From positions 1 through 49,127 of the forward strand of contig JBHLLG010000019.1 in assembly GCA_048885925.1 (NCBI GenBank): a stretch of DNA of 49,127 nucleotides. Direction: 5' to 3'. Position numbers and translations under genes: made by a program. The notes below the pieces were generated by a model that did no database searches, was not told where the DNA came from, and worked only from the letters and a program-made list of their open reading frames with translations. The DNA is from Candidatus Hermodarchaeota archaeon (GTDB lineage: Archaea > Asgardarchaeota > Lokiarchaeia > Sigyniarchaeales > SOKP01). Below, one piece after another: positions 36,435 to 45,301 of the stretch; the first letter of the stretch is position 1, and the number at the start of each line of letters is the position of its first letter.

Positions 36435-38570
36435 TTATATTTCAAAGAATGAAGAGGTTAAAAATATTTTTTGTGGTAATATATTTTGTGTAATCTCCCT
36501 TATTTGCCTTGTTAAATTTGAATTATTATAAAATTTGGTATAAATCCCTTCTAAATGGATTAAAATGTCTTTTAATTCATTTAATTGAAAAACTTGATAA
36601 CTATTTATATGGAATCTTGGAAGTAAAAATTTCAATTGAATTTGGCTAGATTCAATGTCAGAATTTAAAAGTCCTCTTAAAATGTCATAATTAAGATTAG
36701 CTTTTAAGTAAAGCTCATCTAAATATAATAAGTTCACTAAAGCATTGCTTAACTTGTTAAAAAAGTAAAAATATGTTGTAATATCTCTATAAGATTTTTC
36801 TTTAAATGTTTCTAATTCAGGAAAATTCAATATTTTAGATTTATACGAGTTAAGGTCATATTTTAATTGTGAAAGCAGTTGCAAAATTTTTCCTAATTCT
36901 GATAAAAACACAGGAAATTTTCTTGGCATTGGTAATCTTTTAATGAAACTACCGTTGACTCGCAAATAGCCTCCAGACATATGAAGAGTACCAAATAAAG
37001 ATTTAAATATTAGATCCATTAATTCTGAATTCATTATTGTCAGAATACAAAATAAGGTATTGTTATCTATAGAAGTGATTTTAACAAAATATAATCCCGT
37101 TATGTTCGCGAATAAACCTGGATCATAAACCCAAGTTAATTGTTTTGCTATTTCTCTAAAAACTAGTTTTTCACTTTTTAATACTTCCCAAATTTTCCTA
37201 AAATCTTTATTAAATTGAAAGTAAGATACTTTGAGATTTTTTCCCGATATTTTAATATATTTATCGAATTTTATATGATACTTACCGATATTACCTGTCC
37301 CAATTAATAATAAATCTTTTTCAGAATTTTTGAAATTTCTTAAATTATCAAAGTGTTTTGCCCAATTTATAAACCCAAATGGTCTATAATATATTCTTAA
37401 ATCTCTAAATGTCTTTATAAACGGTAAAAAATGAGTATACAGATAATTTATTAAATTTATATTACCAAAAATAGGAAAAACAAGAGAAGGAACTTTCTTT
37501 ATTGATTTCTGAGATATATATGTCGAGTTTAGTCTATTATTTTCTAAAAGATTATTTAGATTATCATAATACTTGATGTTAATAAGAGTATCTTCTTTTG
37601 GTTCATTTTTTTTAAAAGAGAGGATTATTGGATAAGCTGCAGTTTTCCTAAAAATTGGAATTGAAGATATATTGATTATTTCTTTGAGCTCTGTATTATT
37701 TACTAACAAACTTCTGATTTTAACGCCGTAATCTGCGGATAAAAACTTATTTGTTGTTACCATTGAAAAACATCCAATAGTAGATTTTAATAATTCAAAT
37801 GATCTTTCTATAAAAACTATAGAAAGATCAAACAATCGATAAGCTGATTTGAACCTATTTTTCAATTTCTTTTTATATTCAATATTTTTGATCTTTTTGT
37901 TTTCTACATAAGGTGGATTTCCAATTATAATATCAAATTTGTCAGAATTAAATTCTAAAAGAAAGTCTGAATTAAAAATATTTAATTTAATTTCTGATTT
38001 TTCAATAATGTTGTTAAGATCTGTCAGTTTTATATTCTCTAAATTTAAGCTTTTAAATTTTACGTTTTTTATATTATTCGATAACAGCCACTTGAATAAT
38101 CTTAATTTTGAGAGGATATATGCTGAATTTTCTATTTCAATTCCATAGAGGTTATTTTGAAGTATTTCTTTTTTTATGTTAAAGTCTGATAATTCAGGGT
38201 CTATTATTTTATAAAATTTATATAATCGTTCAACTATAGAAATTAAAAATCTCCCAGTACCACATGAGGGATCCAAAATCCTCATATTTTTAATTATTTT
38301 ATTTAAAATTTCCTTAATTTTCTGATTTTCACATAATGAACGTAAGTTTTGTTCTAAATTATGGCTAAATTTGGACTGATTTTGAGAAGTAATAAAATTA
38401 TTAAAATAAATTCTGAAAATATTAGAAATAATATAATCCACAATTTGATTTGGGGTATAAACTATTCCAAGACTGCGATTTTTGTTTTTCTCTAGAAACT
38501 TTTCATTTTCAAAATCTTCAATAAAAGTATCTATAATAGTTAACAGTTTTCGAGCAAATGATTCTTCCAT
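36435..38570 (-). CDS. N6-adenine DNA methyltransferase, gamma class (TaqI/Eco57I-like) with target-recognition domain
   Basis: GIVYTP, motif I ILDPSCGTGRF, YGIEI, motif IV IIGNPPY, and TaqI_C-like KLVFREI...IMNS...GGYLR...IKRLP. Confidence 0.9.
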   Translation of the reverse strand: MEESFARKLLTIIDTFIEDFENEKFLEKNKNRSLGIVYTPNQIVDYIISNIFRIYFNNFITSQNQSKFSHNLEQNLRSLCENQKIKEILNKIIKNMRILDPSCGTGRFLISIVERLYKFYKIIDPELSDFNIKKEILQNNLYGIEIENSAYILSKLRLFKWLLSNNIKNVKFKSLNLENIKLTDLNNIIEKSEIKLNIFNSDFLLEFNSDKFDIIIGNPPYVENKKIKNIEYKKKLKNRFKSAYRLFDLSIVFIERSFELLKSTIGCFSMVTTNKFLSADYGVKIRSLLVNNTELKEIINISSIPIFRKTAAYPIILSFKKNEPKEDTLINIKYYDNLNNLLENNRLNSTYISQKSIKKVPSLVFPIFGNINLINYLYTHFLPFIKTFRDLRIYYRPFGFINWAKHFDNLRNFKNSEKDLLLIGTGNIGKYHIKFDKYIKISGKNLKVSYFQFNKDFRKIWEVLKSEKLVFREIAKQLTWVYDPGLFANITGLYFVKITSIDNNTLFCILTIMNSELMDLIFKSLFGTLHMSGGYLRVNGSFIKRLPMPRKFPVFLSELGKILQLLSQLKYDLNSYKSKILNFPELETFKEKSYRDITTYFYFFNKLSNALVNLLYLDELYLKANLNYDILRGLLNSDIESSQIQLKFLLPRFHINSYQVFQLNELKDILIHLEGIYTKFYNNSNLTRQIREITQNILPQKIFLTSSFFEI

Positions 38571-38686
38571 GGAAATTGAATTTTTTATTTTAAATTTCTT
38601 TTTTATTTATATAAAATTATTAGAAACTATTATAAAATAAATAGAACTAATATAAAAAAGTTAGAAAAATAACCTTTTGAATCAGT

Positions 38687-39586
38687 TTGAAATTGATTGA
38701 AAATTCATTTTTACAAGATCTAATAGACAAACCGCAAAAAATCTCTAACTTAAAGTTTGATACCATTGCAGAAGTATTAGAAATGGCTAAAATCATTTTA
38801 AAAAATGAAAATTTACTGCTAGAGTTTAACATTTATGAAGATGAAGCATATATAATTGGTGATATCCATGGAAATCTAGAAACGTTATTACAACTTATTA
38901 AAATTATTAATGACAATAATCCAAAACTAATCATTTTTTTAGGAGATATTGTTGATCGAGGTACTAAGCAATTAGAATGTCTTTTAGTCATCTTAGCTCT
39001 AAAAATTCTTTTCCCTCAAAAATTTTATATTTTAAGAGGAAATCATGAAACAATAGAAATGAATCAATATTATGGATTTTTCCAAGAATTTATATCAAGA
39101 TTTAAAAACCATAATAAATTCAATAAGGTTCTGACCATTTATAATGTACTTCCATTATGTGCACTAATTAATAAAAGCATTTTATGTTTACATGGAGGGA
39201 TTCCACAGGATAATGAAATACTTAATACTTTAAAAGGAGTTAAATGTAAAAATTTTAAAGAAATCTTTAACTTAATTTCACAAACTATATATCAAATTAT
39301 GTGGAATGACCCTAAATCAGAATTGCAAGGTTTTTCTGATAGTTTTAGAGGTCCAGGAATTAAATTTTTTGGAAATGAAGCTTTTGATAAATTTATGAAT
39401 TATTATAACCTTATATATCTTATAAGAGCGCATGAATGCTTTCCTGAAGGATATCGATGGTTTTTTAATAAAAGATTGCTTTCAATTTTTTCATCTGCAA
39501 ATTATCGAGGTCTTTTTTCACCAAATCCAGCATCTTATGCAATAATTAAAGATGATAAAATAATTCCAAAACTTATAGAATTATAA
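38687..39586 (+). CDS. PPP-family Ser/Thr protein phosphatase
   Basis: GDIHG, GDIVDRG, LRGNHE, HGG, WNDP, RGPG, IRAHE and SIFSSANY motifs. Confidence 0.95.
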   Translation: MKLIENSFLQDLIDKPQKISNLKFDTIAEVLEMAKIILKNENLLLEFNIYEDEAYIIGDIHGNLETLLQLIKIINDNNPKLIIFLGDIVDRGTKQLECLLVILALKILFPQKFYILRGNHETIEMNQYYGFFQEFISRFKNHNKFNKVLTIYNVLPLCALINKSILCLHGGIPQDNEILNTLKGVKCKNFKEIFNLISQTIYQIMWNDPKSELQGFSDSFRGPGIKFFGNEAFDKFMNYYNLIYLIRAHECFPEGYRWFFNKRLLSIFSSANYRGLFSPNPASYAIIKDDKIIPKLIEL

Positions 39587-39668
39587 GAATATTTAAGAGA
39601 ATTTTTTTTCTCCATAGGATGCTAAAAATAATATCTATAAAAAAGATCCCAATAATCTAATTCTAAAT

Positions 39669-39932
39669 TTATGTAATTTGTGAAGCATCTGGTTTAATAA
39701 ATAAGAGATTATTTCCTCGTATAAAAATCTCGTTATATTTAGCTATTGGAGATCCATCCATGATTTCAGTACAATCTTCAAGGATTAAATTCATATAAGC
39801 ATCAATTTCTTTGAGCATACCCCTATATTCAGTCCCATCTTTTAATCTAAGCAATATTATTGAGTTTTGGGCGTTCTGGAGTATGGTAAGTGGATTTTTT
39901 GATTTATAATGGTTATTATCTTTACTTGACAT
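39669..39932 (-). CDS. Sm/Lsm family RNA-binding protein
   Basis: Sm1 LKDGTEYRG.L...DAYMNLIL and Sm2 IFIRGNN. ATG at 39932 is preferred over the TTG at 39950. Confidence 0.93.
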   Translation of the reverse strand: MSSKDNNHYKSKNPLTILQNAQNSIILLRLKDGTEYRGMLKEIDAYMNLILEDCTEIMDGSPIAKYNEIFIRGNNLLFIKPDASQIT

Positions 39933-40124
39933 TTTTAATTCTTTTATCAAAAAAATTATTATATTAATTATTGAAAAGATAATTTAAAGTTAGAATTTTT
40001 TAAATTAAAACCTTACGACATAATAAAAGCTTGAGAAATCTTGTTTGATAATCACATTGGGCTCTAAAAATCATAAAAAGAAGAAAATTTCAATAAAAAA
40101 ATATAACTTTTATGGTAATGTTTT

Positions 40125-40727
40125 TTGAAAAAGTCAAATAAAAAAATCGATAAAAAAGAGAAGATTATTAGGGATTATAATGAAACAGCTACATTTTATG
40201 ATAAAAGATATAAAGAATTACAAGGAGAAAAGTATGAATTACTATTAAAAAATTTTAGAGCTAATGGTAAAACCATATTAGATTTGGGTTGTGGTACAGG
40301 ATTATATTTCGAATATATGATGAATTCAATCTTAGATAATCAGAATATAAAAACTAATTATATTGCCGTAGATTTTTCACGGAATATGCTTTTAGAGTTC
40401 AAGGCAAAATTGATTATTTCTAAAAGTCTGAAAAAGATTCCAAATTTACTATTATCTGATATAGAATATTTACCCTTCAGAGATAATACCTTTGATTCAA
40501 TTTTTTCGATTACATCTTTTCAGAATTTACCCAAATTGGAAAAAGGAATTAATGAATCCTTTAGAGTGAGTAAAAATAATGCTGATTTCGGATTTTCCAT
40601 ATTAAAAAAGAAATTAAATTTACACAAATTATTAAAGATATTAAAATCCAAAATTACTGATCTAAAACCTATAGAAAATGAAAATGTAGAAGATTTTGTT
40701 ATTAAAGGCAGATTCATTAAAGATTAA
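40125..40727 (+). CDS. Class I SAM-dependent methyltransferase
   Basis: YNETA.FYD.RY, ILDLGCGTG, VDFS..ML and LPFRDNTFD motifs. Confidence 0.9.
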   Translation: MKKSNKKIDKKEKIIRDYNETATFYDKRYKELQGEKYELLLKNFRANGKTILDLGCGTGLYFEYMMNSILDNQNIKTNYIAVDFSRNMLLEFKAKLIISKSLKKIPNLLLSDIEYLPFRDNTFDSIFSITSFQNLPKLEKGINESFRVSKNNADFGFSILKKKLNLHKLLKILKSKITDLKPIENENVEDFVIKGRFIKD

Positions 40728-40741
40728 CTAGTTAAAGCTTT

Positions 40742-41617
40742 TTAATTATAAAATGATTGAATTATATCCTCTATTTTGCTTTCAATATTAAATCTTTTTT
40801 GAAAATACGAGCATATATTAGTAATATCTCTTTCTAAAAGTAAATTGGCATTAGGATGATCAATTGGAACCCATTGCAACCAATCAATAATTAAAATATC
40901 TCCTTTTTCATCCAATACAACATTAAATTCACCTAAATCTCCATGTATCATACGCGCCTTTTTATAGATTGTTCTATATTGTTTTATAATTCTATTAAAT
41001 ATTTTTATAGGCTTTTTAATACTTTTAAAATAAACTAATTCTTTTCCCCTTAGATATGACATTATAATTATATGCCGATTATAATCAATTGGTTTAGGTG
41101 TGTTCAATTTGAGGATATATATCTTTTCAAGAGCTTCGTATTCTTTTTTAGCAGCAAGCCGATTTATATAAAGCCAAGAAAGATGAGTTCGATCCCCTAT
41201 AAGATCCCTATATTTTTTGATATTCTTGAAACTTGTTCGTCCCATTCGATAAAATTTGGCTACATAAATATTCTTATCGTCATCCATACAACTATACACA
41301 TCTGATTCTTTCCCTTGACCAATTAAAGGACCTAAATGACTTATAATTTTTTTTTCAACTAATGCATGCATTGCAAGGAGATCATATGCTTTAGAATTAA
41401 GCGTATAGGCAATTTCGTACTGAGATGCATCTCTAATTACTAAATCATATTTATGGACTTTTTTCAAACGAAAGAGAGTTTCTTCCATCTTATATCTTGA
41501 ATAAAATTTAATATTGTTTACAGTAACATATTCTGATCTTTTCATCCCAATTTCAATTGCCATAAGTATTCTAAGATCCTCTTTATCCAATTGAGTGAGA
41601 AGATTTGCTACTTCCAC
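40742..41617 (-). CDS. rio2: RIO2-type Ser/Thr kinase
   Basis: N-terminal winged helix (EDLRILMAIE.GMK..EYV), GKESDVY, KFYRMGRTSF, IHGDL.EFN and IDW.QW motifs. Confidence 0.95.
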   Translation of the reverse strand: MEVANLLTQLDKEDLRILMAIEIGMKRSEYVTVNNIKFYSRYKMEETLFRLKKVHKYDLVIRDASQYEIAYTLNSKAYDLLAMHALVEKKIISHLGPLIGQGKESDVYSCMDDDKNIYVAKFYRMGRTSFKNIKKYRDLIGDRTHLSWLYINRLAAKKEYEALEKIYILKLNTPKPIDYNRHIIIMSYLRGKELVYFKSIKKPIKIFNRIIKQYRTIYKKARMIHGDLGEFNVVLDEKGDILIIDWLQWVPIDHPNANLLLERDITNICSYFQKRFNIESKIEDIIQSFYN

Positions 41618-41627
41618 AACATTTCAA

Positions 41628-42410
41628 CTAAAATATAAATTTGTGGTATGTTTTGAAAAAAGATATTAATTTATATATATTCGGAATTTCCAAAATTAAA
41701 AATGCAATAAAATTTAATAACAAAAAGAAATAAATATCTCGATGGGAAATTAAAAATCTAGTTAAAGTAGAGCCCTCCTGAAAAATAAACAAATAAATTC
41801 CTTGATTTAGATAGATTAGCAGTCCAAAAGAAATTAATAATCCATTGAAAGAAAATATTATAACCTGACTTTCTTTTTCAATTATTCCAATTAAAATGTT
41901 GATAATGATAAAGATCAAGCAAATAATAATGTAAATTTTTGAGTTATTTATCCATTTATTATACATAGTATTGCTAACCTGATAATTTCCATTCAAACTT
42001 GACCAAAAGAAAGATGTGCTTAAATTCAAAATAAAGAAAATCGGTAAAAACACAGCGAACAGTATTGAAATAGAGTAAATTCGAATAGTAGTAAATCTAG
42101 TGAACTTTAAAACTTTCCTTTTTGTTAATTTTGTAGATTCTATCATTGAATTAACTATTTCCTTAACTTCTATTGGAATATTTTTTCTTGCAATGACATA
42201 TTGGATATTCAATTCAGGAAAATTAGAACCTAATTCTTTAATTTGCTTATAGCCTTTTCTAAAAGCTTCTTTACTACTCTTAGGACCGTTCCATAAGTAG
42301 ATAATCTCTCTTTCTTCGTCTAAGATAGCACATATCTCTTGTGGAAGCAAAATGTGTTCTTCTTCTACCCATTGAGATTTAATTTCATTAAATATGAAGG
42401 TTCTAAGCAT
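41628..42410 (-). CDS. Membrane protein with N-terminal gelsolin-like domain and four predicted TM helices
   Basis: ICAILDEEREIIYLWNGPKSS resembles the gelsolin-repeat core (ILD...IY.W.G..S); four long hydrophobic segments follow. Confidence 0.65.
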   Translation of the reverse strand: MLRTFIFNEIKSQWVEEEHILLPQEICAILDEEREIIYLWNGPKSSKEAFRKGYKQIKELGSNFPELNIQYVIARKNIPIEVKEIVNSMIESTKLTKRKVLKFTRFTTIRIYSISILFAVFLPIFFILNLSTSFFWSSLNGNYQVSNTMYNKWINNSKIYIIICLIFIIINILIGIIEKESQVIIFSFNGLLISFGLLIYLNQGIYLFIFQEGSTLTRFLISHRDIYFFLLLNFIAFLILEIPNIYKLISFFKTYHKFIF

Positions 42411-42511
42411 TTAATATCTACTTATTCTAACTAGAATTATTATTTATTTTTTTCTATGAACTAAAAAATGAAATATTTTTTGGATAATAAAAAAGATTTT
42501 AAAATTAAATT

Positions 42512-43408
42512 TTAGTCTTCAATTCTTCTTTTAATATCTGCCCAGTTAGATTTGATATAATTTTTATAATGTTCTATTTCTTCGGGTGTCATCTTACTGA
42601 ATCTTTTTTGAGCTTTTAGATAGTCTTCAATAGGTTTACGTTTTGATGGATCTATATATTTACTACTTGGCTTTGATAACTTTAAAATGCCATTTTCAAC
42701 TTCATATAAGATCCAAAACCCGGTTTGAACAGCTAATCTGCCAATCAGTATGGTATCCTTAGGTTCATATCCCCATCCAGGAGGGCAAGGTGACAAAATA
42801 TGGAAATATTTGGGTCCATACATGTTTTTTGCTTTTTTGAATTTTTCGTACAAATCTAAAGGATAAGAAGCAATTCCTGTTGCAACATAAGGAATGCCAT
42901 GAGCTTCCAATATTTTTGGCATATTTTTCTTATGTCCTAATTTGCCTTCAGGTGTAGTAGTTGTTTTTACTCCTAATGGAGTGGAACCACTTCTTTGAAC
43001 TCCAGTATTCATATATGCTTCATTATCATAACAAGCATAGATAAAGTTTGTTCCTCTTTCTGCAGCACCACTTAGAGCTTGTATACCAATATCAGTTGTT
43101 CCACCATCCCCTGCAAAAGCAAGAACAGTGATTTCATCTGCTAAACCTTTATCCTCAAGCGAAGCTAAAATACCTGAGGCAGACGCTCCAGTAGTTGCAA
43201 AAGGAGTGTGATACACTGACAATTTCGTTGAACAAAATCCTTGCATTCCATGTAACACCGTTAAACATGATGCGGGTACAGTTATTAGTGTTTTTGCTCC
43301 CAAAGCTTTTAGAGCAATTCTATAAATCAAAGCCATCCCACAACCAGCACATGCTCTAGTACCTGGGTAAATAAATTCTTCTTCAGGAAGATCCATAACA
43401 TTTACCAT
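42512..43408 (-). CDS. porB: Pyruvate/2-ketoisovalerate:ferredoxin oxidoreductase beta subunit (TPP-binding)
   Basis: ACAGCG, GDGGTTDIG.QALSG, YDNEAYMNTG.QRS and SPCP.GW motifs. Confidence 0.93.
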   Translation of the reverse strand: MVNVMDLPEEEFIYPGTRACAGCGMALIYRIALKALGAKTLITVPASCLTVLHGMQGFCSTKLSVYHTPFATTGASASGILASLEDKGLADEITVLAFAGDGGTTDIGIQALSGAAERGTNFIYACYDNEAYMNTGVQRSGSTPLGVKTTTTPEGKLGHKKNMPKILEAHGIPYVATGIASYPLDLYEKFKKAKNMYGPKYFHILSPCPPGWGYEPKDTILIGRLAVQTGFWILYEVENGILKLSKPSSKYIDPSKRKPIEDYLKAQKRFSKMTPEEIEHYKNYIKSNWADIKRRIED

Positions 43409-44706
43409 TATTTTTCACCTCTTTTGAAGTACGTTGATTCATCGTAATCACTCAATTCATCCAAATTTAAACCTAAAAAATCAGTTTTATTTGTAAATAC
43501 TCCTTGTTCAAACTCATCTAAAGCTTTATAAACACCATTAATAATGTGCTCGGTCTTTACATCTCTTCCACCTAAGCCAACAATAAAACCCTTAATATTT
43601 GGTCTATTATTTAAACCATAAAGGGCAGCCTTTAGTTCATAAGATAGAACTCCTTCGTATCCATATCCAATATCTCTATCAAATACAACAACATTTTTTT
43701 TATCTTTGAAAAATTCTCTTAAATCTTCAGATGGGTAAGGTCTGAATAATCTAAGACTTACTAAACCGACTTTTATTCCTTCATTTCGAAGTTTTTCAAG
43801 TGCAATTCTTGATTGTGAAGCAACTGATCCCATAGCAAAAATAATTGTATCAGCATCATCAGTTTCAATCGTTTTATATATCCCATTTCCATAGGATCTG
43901 CCAAATTTTTTAGCAAATTCATCGTGAACCTCTTTGATTATATAAATTGAATTTTCTAAGGATTTTTGGAGTGAATATCTATATTCATAATATCCTGGAG
44001 CTGTTCCTTCTTCTCGTTTAACAATATGAGGTGTTGTAACAGGATCAATTCCTTTTATGTGTGAAAGATCAGATAAATTAATATGATGTTTAAGTGGGGG
44101 TAAAAATTCATCAATATCTTTTTGTTTCTCTAATTTAACAGGCATTAATGTATGGCTTAATATGTATCCATCATACGCACAAATTACAGGTAAAAATACT
44201 CTTGGATCTTCAGCAATTTTAAAGGCTTGAATATTATTATCATATATTTCTTGATTATTCTCACACATGAATTGAATCCATCCAACATCTCTTATAGTTA
44301 TGAAATCTTGATGATCCGTCCAAACACTCCACGGAGCTCCTAATGATCTTGTTGCTAAGTTTATAACTATAGGTAATCTGTTTCCCGAGGCCCATGGTAA
44401 CATTTCATACATCAATTCTAATCCATGAGCTGACGTTGCTGTACCAACTCTCGATCCTGTTGCGGAAGCGGCACAACAAACCGCCAACGCGGAATGTTCA
44501 GATTCAACTTTTACAAAATTTGCTTTTAACTTTCCTTCATATATGAATTCTGCTATTTTTTCAACTACAGGACTCTGGGGAGTTATTGGATATGCTGAAA
44601 CGACACCAATTCTTACCTGTCTAAAGGCATGTGCAGCAGCATGGTTACCTGTCAAAATCATTACATCTTCTTCGGAACTAACTTTTTCTTCTTTAGATAT
44701 AGTCAT
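43408..44706 (-). CDS. porA: Pyruvate/2-ketoisovalerate:ferredoxin oxidoreductase alpha subunit
   Basis: AYPITPQS, VESEHSA, TATSAHGL, LFRPYP and GLGGRDV motifs; TAATG overlap with porB. Confidence 0.93.
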   Translation of the reverse strand: MTISKEEKVSSEEDVMILTGNHAAAHAFRQVRIGVVSAYPITPQSPVVEKIAEFIYEGKLKANFVKVESEHSALAVCCAASATGSRVGTATSAHGLELMYEMLPWASGNRLPIVINLATRSLGAPWSVWTDHQDFITIRDVGWIQFMCENNQEIYDNNIQAFKIAEDPRVFLPVICAYDGYILSHTLMPVKLEKQKDIDEFLPPLKHHINLSDLSHIKGIDPVTTPHIVKREEGTAPGYYEYRYSLQKSLENSIYIIKEVHDEFAKKFGRSYGNGIYKTIETDDADTIIFAMGSVASQSRIALEKLRNEGIKVGLVSLRLFRPYPSEDLREFFKDKKNVVVFDRDIGYGYEGVLSYELKAALYGLNNRPNIKGFIVGLGGRDVKTEHIINGVYKALDEFEQGVFTNKTDFLGLNLDELSDYDESTYFKRGEK

Positions 44707-45002
44707 TTAGATTTCTCCTCCTCCATTGAAATAGCTTTCACAGGACATTCTTCCATACAAATACCACATCCTTTACAATAATCATAATCAATTTTAGGGG
44801 GAATTGATCTTGAAACGACAGCCTCAGGACAATAAAGCCAACAATTGAAACAACTTGGTTTTCCAGATTTAGCAGGGATGCATTTACTTTTATCGATAAC
44901 TGGTATCCATTTTGCCCACGATCCTGTTTTACCAGCTTCACCTAAAACAGGTTTTTGAACTGATCCAAGGATTTTTTGATAGTCTTTTTTCGACTCATTC
45001 AT
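44703..45002 (-). CDS. porD: 2-oxoacid:ferredoxin oxidoreductase delta subunit (ferredoxin-like)
   Basis: KTGSW, CFNCWLYCPE and IDYDYCKGCGICMEECP motifs; ATGA overlap with porA. Confidence 0.92.
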   Translation of the reverse strand: MNESKKDYQKILGSVQKPVLGEAGKTGSWAKWIPVIDKSKCIPAKSGKPSCFNCWLYCPEAVVSRSIPPKIDYDYCKGCGICMEECPVKAISMEEEKSK

Positions 45003-45301
45003 AAAACATCAGATTTGAATAAATTTGAATTCTGTATAAATTCAAAAGCAGATAAGTTTTTAATTCTTATCATTTATAAAAATAAAAGTAGGAGGCAAAT
45101 TTCAAGTATTTCATTTTCAATTATGAAAATAATTATGGATTGTTAAGTATTAGATATTATTTGTTTTTAAATAAAAAATAAATAGTTTATATTTCATTAA
45201 ACACATAAGAAAAAATTACTTATTTTGGGAGTTTGAGCTGTACTCCTAAATTTAGGTATATTTTTAAGAATTATTAAAAAAATAGCAGGTTAAGGTATAA
45301 G

